A DNA stretch of 64,000 nucleotides, taken from positions 29,264,001 to 29,328,000 of the forward strand of contig OX597814.1 of NCBI GenBank assembly GCA_951406725.2. The letters run 5' to 3'. The DNA comes from Octopus vulgaris. Lineage: Eukaryota. Under the pieces are notes generated by a model. It was given only the letters and a program-made list of their open reading frames with translations, made no database searches and was not told the DNA's origin. The position numbers and the translations under genes were made by a program. Shown here one piece after another: positions 1-10,994 of this stretch (position 1 is the first letter of the stretch; every line of letters starts with the position of its first letter).

Positions 1-671
1 GTCATTGTTCAGTTTTATTTTAAGATTTCTTGCTAATAGAGAAAGAGCCGTTTTCTAACCCAGATTCAAGGCTCCTTCATTGGAATTTCAACATCAACAA
101 CAGGGTATTTTTGTTTCTATGTATGTATGTATGTATGTATGTATGTATGTATGTATGTATGTACGTATGTATGTGTGCAGATTTATATGCTTTGCTTTAT
201 GTATGTATTCTCATGCATATAGTTGCATATCTAGACATGCTCATATATATTTAAATGATAAACTTCTGGAAAGTTTTACAGATTTTTACAGTTCCAGTGA
301 TAGTTTGGATCTGTAGTCTTCGAATTAGCTTTCTCCTTTCTGTTTTTAAAAAAGCCTAATTTCTCAAGATTAGTATTTAAGCAGTGTGTTCTATGTATGT
401 ATTTAATGCATTTATATATCTATGCAGTGGCTACATATATATCCCAGTATGTATACCGTTCACCGATGAAATGAAAATCTGATGCTTTCGAAGATGCTTT
501 CGAATCGAAGATGACGCAGCATAATACTCAGACCGTCTGAACGGCACAGCTAAAGATGCATTCAAAAAAAAAAAAACCATGAAGCAGGGATTAGTTCACT
601 GGAAACCTGTAACCATTGATATCGCATTCACAGACAGGTAACAAGCAATAATAAATTAATTATTTAATTTA

Positions 672-1262
672 TTTCTTTACTACCCACAGGGGGCTAAACA
701 TAGAGGGGACACACAAGGAGATTATGTCGATTACATCGACCCCAGTGATTAACTGGTACTTATTTAATCGACCACGAAAGAATGAAAGGTAAAGTCGACC
801 TAGGCGGAATTTGAACTCAGAACGTAACGGCTGACGAAATACCTATTTCTTTATTACCCACAAGGGGCTAAACATTAGAGGGGACAAACAAGGACAGACA
901 TAGGTATTAAGTCGATTACATCGACCCAGTGCGTAACTGGTACTTAATTTTATCGACCCCGAAAGAATGAAAGGCAAAGTCGACCTAGGCGGAATTTGAA
1001 CTCAGAACGTAACGGCTGACGAAATACCTATTTCTTTATTACCCACAAGGGGCTAAACATAGAGGGGACAAACAAGGACAGACATAGGTATTAAGTCGAT
1101 TACATCGACCCAGTGCGTAACTGGTACTTAATTTTATCGACCCCGAAAGGATGAAAGGCAAAGTCGACCTCGGCGGAATTTGAACTCAGAACGTAACGGC
1201 TGACGAAATACCGCAAAGCATTTCGCCCGGCGTGCTAACGTTTCTGCCAACTCGCCGCCTTT
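672..1262 (-). mobile_element. tRNA-derived SINE family C with ~3 internal tandem ~185-bp units
   Basis: Reverse complement of head GGCGGCGAGTTGGCAGAAACGTTAGCACGCCGGGCG, plus a repeated body with GAGTTCAAATTCC (B-box-like) and CCTTTCATCCTTTCGGGGTCGATAAA. Many copies in the window. Confidence 0.8.
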
Positions 1263-1268
1263 TAAACA

Positions 1269-1348
1269 AGCATTATTAAACAAACCATCTGGGTGGATTT
1301 AATTAATTCTTTAATTAAAGCCACCCAGATGGTTTGTTTAAGAATGCT
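1269..1348. repeat. ~80-bp near-perfect palindrome (MITE-like hairpin)
   Basis: AGCATTATTAAACAAACCATCTGGGTGGATTTAATTAA pairs with TTAATTAAAGCCACCCAGATGGTTTGTTTAAGAATGCT around a 4-nt loop. Confidence 0.85.
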
Positions 1349-1551
1349 CGATCCTTGAACGTATTGTTTAATCTGCTTTTTTCATACTGGAACGACACGA
1401 CTTACGCTGATAATCTGGAACCTCTTATAATCCGCATGAATGTACGAGCAGGAACTTCAAATCCCTGAAGCTATCAGACTAGTTTACCGTTACCTTACTC
1501 AGTACATGATTAATAAACTAGCATCATTTATACTAATGTACTGGTATCTAT

Positions 1552-1766
1552 ACTCTTTTTTTTACTCTTTTACTTGTTTCAGTCATTTGACTGCGGCCAT
1601 GCTGGAGCACCGCCTTTAGTCGAGCAAATCGACCCCGGGACTTATTCTTTGTAAGCCCAGTACTTATTCTATCGGTCTCTTTTTGCCGAACCGCTAAGTG
1701 ACGGGGACATAAACACACCAGCATCGGTTGTCAAGCAATGCTAGGGGGACAAACACAGACACACAA

Positions 1767-1823
<57 letters not shown>

Positions 1824-1985
1824 TACGACAGGCTTCTTTCAGTTTCCGTCTACCAAATCCACTCACAAGGCATTGGTCGGCCCGGGGCTATAGCAGAAGA
1901 CACTTGCCCAAGATGCCACGCAGTGGGACTGAACCCGGAACCATGAGGTTGGTTAGCAAGCTACTTACCACACAGCCACTCCTGC
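1552..1985 (-). mobile_element. tRNA-derived SINE family A, full length, with an empty target site
   Basis: Head GCAGGAGTGGCTGTGTGGTAAGTAGCTTGCTAACC...GGTTCAGTCCC, central (TA)n(TG)n and tail GGCGGTGCTCCAGCATGGCCGCAGTCAAATGACTGAAAC. It has one copy of AAGTAGCTTGCTAAC, at 1952-1966 (rc). Confidence 0.9.
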
Positions 1986-3267
1986 ACTCTATATTTCATT
2001 TAATTATTGAAGTTAATTTAATATTTGTTTAATTTAGAAGTAGCTTCCTCTGGTTCGGAAAAACGGTAATCCGGAGATGATTTGGGATTAAATGTTCCGG
2101 AAAATTGATGTTGTACTCGTATATATTTTCTGATTTTACACAGATATTCTCTTGATTGTGATTTTTCAAAGGGTTTACTTAGTTTCTTTAACGTACTTCT
2201 TTTCCTAGCTTCGCACCAAATCAATTTTTGTAGGTTAACATATGGATTGCTCCCGTGCTAAACATTCGTTTCCAGCTTAGAAAGTCAAACTTTTTTTAGA
2301 ACACGAGATTGTGTGATGTTCATTCTTTTGTCCAACCATTAGCAACATAATTGAAGTGACATTCCGAGATCTTATCTATTAATCTACGACGTTCGCTATT
2401 CTATGTTGGATATTATGAAACGATGTTGTTGCTAAGTGTAATAATTCTTAGGCACTGCATTCGGAAATATCTAAATAGCGCAACACGATGATTCATAGAA
2501 ATGTTAATCTTATACGCATCAACATACGTCACTTGTAAGACATGAATAATTCCTATACTTGTCCCTATTGGTTGGTCAGCAGTTTTCTAATACTAAATAC
2601 AGATTTCAATATGGCCTGTGTGCTCCCAAGTATTAGCTGAAACTAATTTTTGTTGTTGTTCTTTTGTAACTGTCTTGAGTGATGTGTCTAATTCTGTATT
2701 TGTATGAATTATATGAACTTCATGCACTCCATTTGTCTAAACGTGAGGCATATGGCTCTTAAACCTTTTTGATATTGAAATGTTTTCTCCGTAAGAAAGA
2801 AAACAAAGGAAGGAAGGAGGGAAGGAAAGAAGGAAGGAAGGAAGGGGGAAGAAAGCATGTAGGAGATAGCGAAATAACTGAAAAATGACTACGTTATTTT
2901 TGGTTTAATTTAACTGACATTCGCTGGTTGAAACGCAAAATCAGAGATTAAAGTGTCATAAAATGATTAGTTCTGATTTTTATGTTAATCCACTGACACG
3001 ATTAATTGAGTGAGCTTGTTTTAGTGTTAGAGTTAAGTCTTTGGTTCACTTGAACTTCATTGTTACAGTACATGCAACTAAACTGCTCTGTAACTTTAAA
3101 TAATAGTATGATTAAGATTGTGACATCTCTACATAACCACTTTTTATTGCTTAAGTCAAAACATAACCGGAACACTACCAGTTTACTCCTGTAACCTAAT
3201 ATTTTGGTTAACTATTCCTCAAGTATAGTTAATCCAGTATAGTTAACCAAAGAATCACATATTCTAT

Positions 3268-3690
3268 ACGCGCAGGAGTGGCTGTGAGGGAAGTAGCTTG
3301 CTTAACAACCACATGGTTCCGGGTTCAGTCCCACTGCGTGGCACCTTGGACAAGCGTCTTCTACTATAGCCTCGAGCCGACCAAAGCCTTGTGAGTGGAT
3401 TTGGTAGACGGAAACTGAATGAAGCCCGTCTTATATGTATGTATGTGTGTGAGAGAGAGAGAGTGTGTGTGTGTTTGCATGTCTGTGTTTGTCCCTCCTC
3501 CCACCATCGCTTGACAACCGATGCTGGTGTGTTTACGTCCCCGTAACTTAGCAGTTCGGCAAAAGAGACCGATAGAATAAGTAGTAGGCTTACAAAGAAT
3601 AAGTCCTGCAGTCGATTTGTTCGACTAAAGGCGGTGCTCCAGCATGGCCGCAGTCAAATGACTGAAACAAATTAAAGAAAGAAAAGAAAG
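3268..3690 (+). mobile_element. SINE family A
   Basis: Same head, body and tail as the other family A copies. Confidence 0.9.
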
Positions 3691-4570
3691 AATAAAAAAA
3701 TATAAGAAGACAATTTGTGGTAGTTTTAGTACCGTTGTTGCTGTTGCTGTTGATGTGGTTCTCCTTTTTGTGGTGGTGGTGGTGGTGGTGGTGGTGTCGT
3801 CGTCGTCGTGTTGTAGTCCTGGTAGCGCCGATGAGAGGCCTGCGGTGAAGTAATGTATTGGAGATAGTTGGAGTAGAACAGCGCCAGGATACGTCAACGC
3901 ATTTAGGACTGACATTTTTGGACTGAGCAATTTTCCTGTAAATGAGTGATGGTAATTTGATGAGATATACAGGCGATGGCGGCTTCTTAGAGTATTAGCA
4001 ATGCTAGTAGCAATGCATCAAGGCATAAAAGAGATGTAGAAATAGAGCAAGAGCAAAGATTACAGATTAAGCTAATCTATGGCTGCAACCTATCCTACAA
4101 TTCATATCATAGATCTTGTCCGTCATCAGGAATTTCTAAGATTATTATTTATTCCTTTTTTTTTTCACCAGAGCTATGGCATTGACTGATTTGTATTATG
4201 GTAATATATATCCAAATCAAATCGATTATTGTAATATGCGTTAATGGATGAATTCTAGTTTTCACCTCAATTGAAAGAGTAAGATGACAACAGTCCGCAA
4301 TCTTCTGCTGATGTAACATATTTGTCGTAAAATATCTCTTGTTCATCTGTCTGTATTGCGGTAAGAGACCGAGACAGATTATTGAACTGTATCAAAGATA
4401 ATACTTTTCACGAAGAAATATAGACTTAGTTCGACTTGTCAGCAAAACTCGATGATAGACGAAATATATTATTTGCAACATCTTTTAACAGACTACGTCG
4501 CTTAACTCTAATGAACGTTTTTATGATAGACACCGAAGTCAAACAGAAACCCTAAGTTATTTTATAACAG

Positions 4571-4966
4571 ACTAGCAGCATAGCCCGGCGTTGCCCTGGT
4601 ATGTAAGAGCCCCTAGTAGGCAATGATTAATCCCAATCTAGTTCTTTCCCTCTAGGGAACGAAGGCGCATGTGTAGGTTGCAATGTCTTCTCTTCACTCG
4701 AACACTTCTATGTATATGATGTTCCTAGCTGTCTCCCGACAGAAAATGTGTTGCATATAAAAGCTTAGATTCTCGACCTCATGTCGAATTTATCGATGCT
4801 TTTCAAAACTGGGGGAACTTTTTAAAATTTTCGCTGTGTTAGTTTTGAATTATGACATTGGGCTATGTGTGTGTCAAGTTTCATCAGAATCGGTTGAAAG
4901 CCGTGGTCAGGGTGAGGGTACAACCTGACAGACACACAGACAAACTGCCGTTTATATATATAGAGA
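4571..4966 (+). mobile_element. Non-autonomous Helitron/Helentron-like element (DINE-1/Lep1-like architecture)
   Basis: Starts ACTAGCAGCATAGCCCGGCGTTGCCC and ends (ACAG/CA)n-AAACTGCCGTTTATATATATAGAGAT. Homologous copies at 22742-23128 (-) and 51177-51472 (+). Confidence 0.6.
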
Positions 4967-5777
4967 TTCGGAAGATTCTTTTTTTTTTTTTTTTACAAAT
5001 ATGCGTAATTAAACTCTACTGAATCAGGCATAGGAGGGAAGAGAAATTTGTAGCTCCGATGTAGTTTTTATTTGAGTGTTATTCTGAGTATTATTAAAAT
5101 CAGATATTTGTACTACTTTTTATTATACACCTATTATTCATTAACCCAGATCTTAATGTATTTGTAAATCCTCTTGTTGAACGAAAGATCCACGAAGCTA
5201 CCACTGATTAATTTTCTAACAAACTTTACTTTCATGTAACTTCAGTTCCGATCCGGAAGTAAGGCTTATCATCGATTTCAAGTTCTAACAGCAAAAGTTG
5301 TAAGTTTATTAATAAGCAACGAAAATTAGCTGTGATTTTTTTTCTTTAAGAACTTTTGAACAGCCATTGACGGTTTTCGTAAAAATTCTTAATGATACGC
5401 ATTTCAGTTTCATTATAAATATTTTCTTTTTTTCGTTTACTTTATTTATTGATAATTTTTATTTTTTTTATTTTGCTGTTTTGTTTTGTTTTGTTATTTT
5501 AATGATTTATTCAAATCTCATTTAAGAGATGTGTTGTTTGTCTCATTAATGTGTAAATGAAATGCAGTGCTGATGATGCTACTGCTGATGTTAATGAAAT
5601 ATTTTCATTATACATCGTTTTGTTTGTTTTGTTTTGTTTTGTTTTTTTATAATATAAACCTTGTTATTATCAATTTTAATTTCTATATGAAACTGTTGCT
5701 TTAGAGCTGATTATTCCCAAGTTCATTAACGAAATACTATTTTCAACCTTGTTATATTTGTCCTTGTTTTGTTTTCT

Positions 5778-5782
5778 GCTGC

Positions 5783-5813
<31 letters not shown>

Positions 5814-5871
5814 GGCTATCATTATTGTTGGTTACCATTGTTGTTGGCTATTGTGGCCATTGTTGCTATTT

Positions 5872-5950
<79 letters not shown>
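5778..5950. repeat. (GTT)n/(GCT)n microsatellite
   Basis: Trinucleotide runs seen directly. Confidence 0.95.
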
Positions 5951-5953
<3 letters not shown>

Positions 5954-6319
5954 CTTTTGCAGTTGTAGTTAATGTTGTTGCTTTATTTGTCTATCTTACA
6001 CTCGCCATAATTTAATTGATTGTTATTAAAGCAAAATATTGTTATTGGCTATTCTAATCACAATAATCCAATTACCAAAAATGATAATGGTGAAACTTCA
6101 ATAATCGATGAATCCCAATGAAATGAAACTGCTTTTAGCATGAAATTTGTGATTGAGAAAAATAGGAATCAGAGTCTGTGTGACATTTAGGCTCTTGTAG
6201 GCGGTGACTGCCAATGCATTTTGAGATCGGAAGAGGAGTAATAGAAATCTCAGCGAGCGATGTACAACCCAGTTTCAATTTCTATTTGGAGCAGCTTCAG
6301 TTATATTAGTTAATTACAT

Positions 6320-6980
6320 GATGTTCATCTTGATGAAAATAAGACAAAATTGCTGTTATGAAGTCAGCTCTGTGCATCTTTTGCGCAATTTTGGTTAACT
6401 ATTCCTCAAGTATAGTTAATCCAGTATAGTTAACCAAAGAATCACATATTCTATACGCGCAGGAGTGGCTGTGAGGGAAGTAGCTTGCTTAACAACCACA
6501 TGGTTCCGGGTTCAGTCCCACTGCGTGGCACCTTGGACAAGCGTCTTCTACTATAGCCTCGAGCCGACCAAAGCCTTGTGAGTGGATTTGGTAGAGAGAA
6601 ACTGAATGAAGCCCGTCTTTTATGTATGTATGTGTGTGTGAGAGAGAGAGAGTGTGTGTGTGTTTGCATGTCTGTGTTTGTCCCTCCTCCCACCATCGCT
6701 TGACAACCAATGCTGGTATGTTTACGTCCCCGTAACTTAGCAGTTCGGCAAAAGAGGCCGATAGAATAAGTACCAGACAAAAAATGGGTTCTACACATCT
6801 GAAGGTGTTCCATGCAGTGGCTGTACCGCTGTGACGCACGAAAACATTTTGGTGAAGCGAAACTGAGTTAAATGAAGTTTATGGTCACTGTATAGTGTTC
6901 GATAAGCTGGATCCTGGCGAAATCCTCAAAGCAGAGAAATATTGCCAGGAAATCGACAAAATGCAAAAAGAACTGCAACA
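6320..6980 (+). pseudogene. Degraded mariner (Hsmar1/SETMAR-like) transposase, 5' part, interrupted at 6388-6771
   Basis: Manual translation across frameshifts gives CCYEVSSVHLLRN, DKKWVL, QWLYRCDARKHF, KFMVTV and LDPGEILKAEKYCQEIDKMQKELQ. These match mariner FEVSSSLILRN, DEKWILY, KVMVTVWW and LNPGETITxEKY motifs. Confidence 0.75.
6388..6771 (+). repeat. Local duplicate of 3201-3582 (unique flank plus 3'-truncated SINE A) inserted into the mariner
   Basis: Identical 66-bp upstream flank and shared SINE variants (GTGAGGGAAG, CTTAACAACC, GGACAAGCG). Confidence 0.9.
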
Positions 6981-7017
6981 GGCGCAGGAGTGGCTGTGTG
7001 GTAAGTAGCTTGCTAAC
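6981..7017 (+). mobile_element. 5' portion (A-box side) of the SINE A copy split by the element array
   Basis: GGCGCAGGAGTGGCTGTGTGGTAAGTAGCTTGCTAAC; the SINE resumes at 15231. Confidence 0.9.
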
Positions 7018-8994
7018 TGCGCATGTGCGAGTCAGTGTTGTGTTTGCTACTGAAGCAGTGAAGATGTGCTTTTGAAGCCGTCTTGAATTGAAACTTTGGA
7101 AGCCCCATGTAAGGTAAGATTCTGTTTTCTGTGTCCAGTGGGAGTTTTTGTTGAGAATTATTTTTTACATGCAGGAAGTCCTACTGGATTCAGAATTCTG
7201 ATTCTGCCGACATGTGGCAGATATATTTTTCTCGCTGAGAAAATTTTGGGGGGCGTATCCGTCTTCGAATTGTGAAAATTGTATGGTGCTGTGAAGAACT
7301 ACCAATTTTACACCAATTTTTGTGGAAGTTGTGCGATCCTGGTTCGATTTAGGCCGGGAGTACCAAATGGCCAAAAGGATTTTGCTGTGTTTTTGACTTT
7401 CTTTTTAACTTTATTTGACTTTCTTTTCAACTTTATTTGACTCTCTCCGTTTTTCATTGTGACATTCTTCGGATTTCCTTTTCTTCTCGTTTTTTAGTTT
7501 TATTCTAAATACATTTATTTAAAAAAAAAAAACAAAAAAAAACATGGCAACAAAAGAAACCACCGCTTTGGAATGGGAGGTCGTCCCACCAAGCAGTGGA
7601 TTGAAAGTCTTGAGAAGAGGACGGTGGTCCTACGAACCTATTCTAGGTCGCGTGGAGCCATTGCCCTCTTCGACAAGAATACTATAGAGAAAGAGTTGGG
7701 GGACTACCTGCCAACTATAAAATTTATTTCTCGGGGGAGTAAATTTGCAACGGTCTGGTTGCTGTTTGGTACCCCCGAGGAAGCTAGCAGATTTGCTAGC
7801 GAGCCACTGGAGGGAGAGGAAATTTTGTTCCTCCCCTCGTATTGTGGCAGAAAAGTGAAAAGAGCCTGGGTGTGTGGGCTGCCCCCGGGCATGGAGGCGG
7901 AATGGATCGAAAAGACCATCCGGCGAGGCCTGGGGGATAGCGGACCCAGACTGCTGAGTGTGAAGGTGGCTCCCGCGGTCGCCTGGCAGGGGTCGAGGGC
8001 AACCTTGACCCTGTGGACACCGGTAGCCGTGGGGCAAATGAAATTCCCGGACTTCCTGAGAATGGCTGGGCACAGGTACCCGGTGATACTCGAGGGTCGC
8101 CCCCCAAGTGTCACCTGTGCCTGAAGCCCGGACATATCAGGAAGAATTGTCCCAGGGGCCGTAGTGGTGCCCCGGAGCAGAGAGGGGAAAAGGCGCCCGC
8201 CGCCCCCTCATTGGAGGGGGAGACGATGGAAGTCGTGGAGGAGGTTGCCTCCACGAAAAGAAGAGAAAGGCGAGCAACAATGGTTGCCCGCCAAAGAACG
8301 CTCAGGGGGCGAAGGGGGATAGCAATCCCCCGTGTCTGGTGACGGAGTCCCCTGGGTCAGCAGTCTCCCCCAAAAGAAGGAGGAGAAAAAGGAGAGGTCG
8401 GACGACTGACGTTTCTGTGTCGCCGACGGAGCCGCGGGTGGGATATGTGCCACCCGCGGACAAGGCTCCGCCAGTGGGAAGTGTGCCACCGACGGAGCAG
8501 TGTGAGGTCCCTCCCTGTGAAGAGGAGATGCTTCTCCTCCTCTACCACAAGGGAGAGGAGGTTGAAAGATTCTTGAATGGCTTGGGTGACCGAGAGCGTA
8601 AGGACACGGTCGGCTCAAGGAGTCCGTTATGGCCTCCGCAGGTAGCTGCGGAAAAAGTAACAGAAGATACTTTGTCAAGGGTCGCAGAGACCTTTGAAAA
8701 GAAAGACTTTACCTTTCTCTTTGCAGGCCCCGACTTGTCGTCGCAGAGTTGTCTGCAGGCGGCAAGACAATTTGCTTCGGGGACCTGACGAGAAGAATTG
8801 TTGAACATTTTTTTTGAATCATTGTTTATTAAATGTATTTATTGAAACATTGTTTTAGAGAAGCAAAAGTCGGCGGGCGCTTTCGACTTCTCCCATCACC
8901 ATCTTCATCAACCACCACCATCATCCATTAATGTCCTTGTCCAGCCCGTAGCTACTACTCTGTGTGCTGCCCTAGTGGCAAATTATTTAAAATA
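7018..8994 (+). mobile_element. ORF1-only, SINE-inserted element, unit 1 (subfamily I)
   Basis: Bounded by AAGTAGCTTGCTAAC at 7003-7017 and 8995-9009; near-identical to units 2 and 3. Confidence 0.85.
7544..8788 (+). CDS. Tx1/L1-type ORF1 (gag-like) CCHC zinc-knuckle protein, 3 single-base frameshifts
   Basis: Joined frames read MATKETTALEW...EGRPPKCHLCLKPGHIRKNC...ARQFASGT*. 1245 nt plus 3 missing homopolymer bases gives 1248 nt (415 aa). Confidence 0.75.
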
Positions 8995-9009
8995 AAGTAG
9001 CTTGCTAAC

Positions 9010-10979
9010 TGCGCATGTGCGAGTCAGTGTTGTGTTTGCTACTGAAGCAGTGAAGATGTGCTTTTGAAGCCGTCTTGAATTGAAACTTTGGAAGCCCCAT
9101 GTAAGGTAAGATTCTGTTTTCTGGGTCCAGTGGGAGTTTTTGTTGAGAATTATTTTTTACATGCAGGAAGTCCTACTGGATTCAGAATTCTGATTCTGCC
9201 GACATGTGGCAGATATATTTTTCTCGCTGAGAAAATTTTGGGGGCGTATCCGTCTTCGAATTGTGAAAATTGTATGGTGCTGTGAAGAACTACCAATTTT
9301 ACACCAATTTATGTGGAAGTTGTGCGATCCTGGTTCGATTTAGGCCGGGAGTACCAAATGGCCAAAAGGATTTTGCTGTGTTTTTGACTTTCTTTTTAAC
9401 TTTATTTGACTTTCTTTTCAACTTTATTTGACTCTCTCCGTTTTTCATTGTGACATTCTTCGGATTTCCTTTTCTTCTCGTTTTTTAGTTTTATTCTAAA
9501 TACATTTATTTAAAAAAAAAAAAAAAAAAAACATGGCAACAAAAGATACCACCGCTTTGGAATGGGAGGTCGTCCCACCCAAGCAGTGGATTGAAAGTCT
9601 TGAGAAGAGGACGGTGGTCCTACGAACCTATTCTAGGTCGCGTGGAGCCATTGCCCTCTTCGACAAGAATACTATAGAGAAAGAGTTGGGGGACTACCTG
9701 CCAACTATAAAATTTATTTCTCGGGGAGTAAATTTGCAACGGTCTGGTTGCTGTTTGGTACCCCCGAGGAAGCTAGCAGATTTGCTAGCGAGCCACTGGA
9801 GGGAGAGGAAATTTTGTTCCTCCCCTCGTATTGTGGCAGAAAAGTGAAAAGAGCCTGGGTGTGTGGGCTGCCCCCGGGCACGGAGGCGGAATGGATCGAG
9901 AAGACCATCCGGCGAGGCCTGGGGGATAGCGGACCCAGACTGCTGAGTGTGAAGGTGGCTCCCGCGGTCGCCTGGCAGGGGTCGAGGGCAACTTTGACCC
10001 TGTGGACACCGATAGCCGTGGGGGAAATGAAATTCCCGGACTTCCTGAGAATGGCTGGGCACAGGTACCCGGTGATACTCGAGGGTCGCCCCCCCAAGTG
10101 TCACCTGTGCCTGAAGCCCGGACATATCAGGAAGAATTGTCCCAGGGGCCGTAGTGGTGCCCCGGAGCAGAGAGGGAAAAGGCGCCCGCCGCCCCCTCAT
10201 TGGAGGGGGAGACGATGGAAGTCGTGGAGGAGGTTGCCTCCACGAAAAGAAAGAGAAAGGCGAGCAACAATGGTTGCCCGCCAAAGAACGCTCAGGGGGC
10301 GAAGGGGGATAGCAATCCCCCGTGTCTGGTGACGGAGTCCCCTGGGTCAGCAGTCTCCCCCAAAAGAAGGAGGAGAAAAAGGAGAGGTCGGACGACTGAC
10401 GTTTCTGTGTCGCCGACGGAGCCGCGGGTGGGATGTGTGCCACCCGCGGACAAGGCTCCGCCAGTAGGAAGTGTGCCACCGACGGAGCAGTGTGAGGTCC
10501 CTCCCTGTGAAGAGGAGATGCTTCTCCTCCTTTACCACAAGGGAGAGGAGGTTGAAAGATTCTTGAATGGCTTGGGTGACCGAGAGCGTAAGGACACGGT
10601 CGGCTCAAGGAGTCCGTTATGGCCTCCGCAGGTAGCTGCGGAAAAAGTAACAGAAGATACTTTGTCAAGGGTCGCAGAGACCTTTGAAAAGAAAGACTTT
10701 ACCTTTCTCTTTGCAGGCCCCGACTTGTCGTCGCAGAGTTGTCTGCAGGCGGCAAGACAATTTGCTTCGGGGACCTGACGAGAAGAATTGTTGAACAATT
10801 TTTGAACATTTTATTAAATGTATTTATTGAAACATTGTTTTAGAGAAGCGAAAGTCGGCGGGCGCTTTCGACTTCTCCCATCACCATCTTCATCCACCAC
10901 CACCATCATCCATTAATGTCCTTGTCCAGCCCGTAGCTACTACTCTGTGTGCTGCCCTAGTGGCAAATTATATAAAATA
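9010..10979 (+). mobile_element. ORF1-only element, unit 2 (subfamily I)
   Basis: Target 15-mer at 8995-9009 and 10980-10994. Confidence 0.85.
9533..10778 (+). CDS. ORF1-like CCHC zinc-knuckle protein, 2 single-base frameshifts
   Basis: ORFs 9533, 9748 and 10200 join; 1246 nt plus 2 missing G in G-runs gives 1248 nt. CX2CX4HX4C motif present. Confidence 0.75.
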
Positions 10980-10994
10980 AAGTAGCTTGCTAAC

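Noticed and set aside
3625-3935. Possible exon after minus-strand acceptor CATTTACAG
   Set aside because: Runs into a microsatellite and a SINE, with no recognisable protein and no clear donor.
7340-7400. HDV-like ribozyme at GGCCGGGAGTACC
   Set aside because: The nested double-pseudoknot pairings could not be built; kept only as a conserved block.
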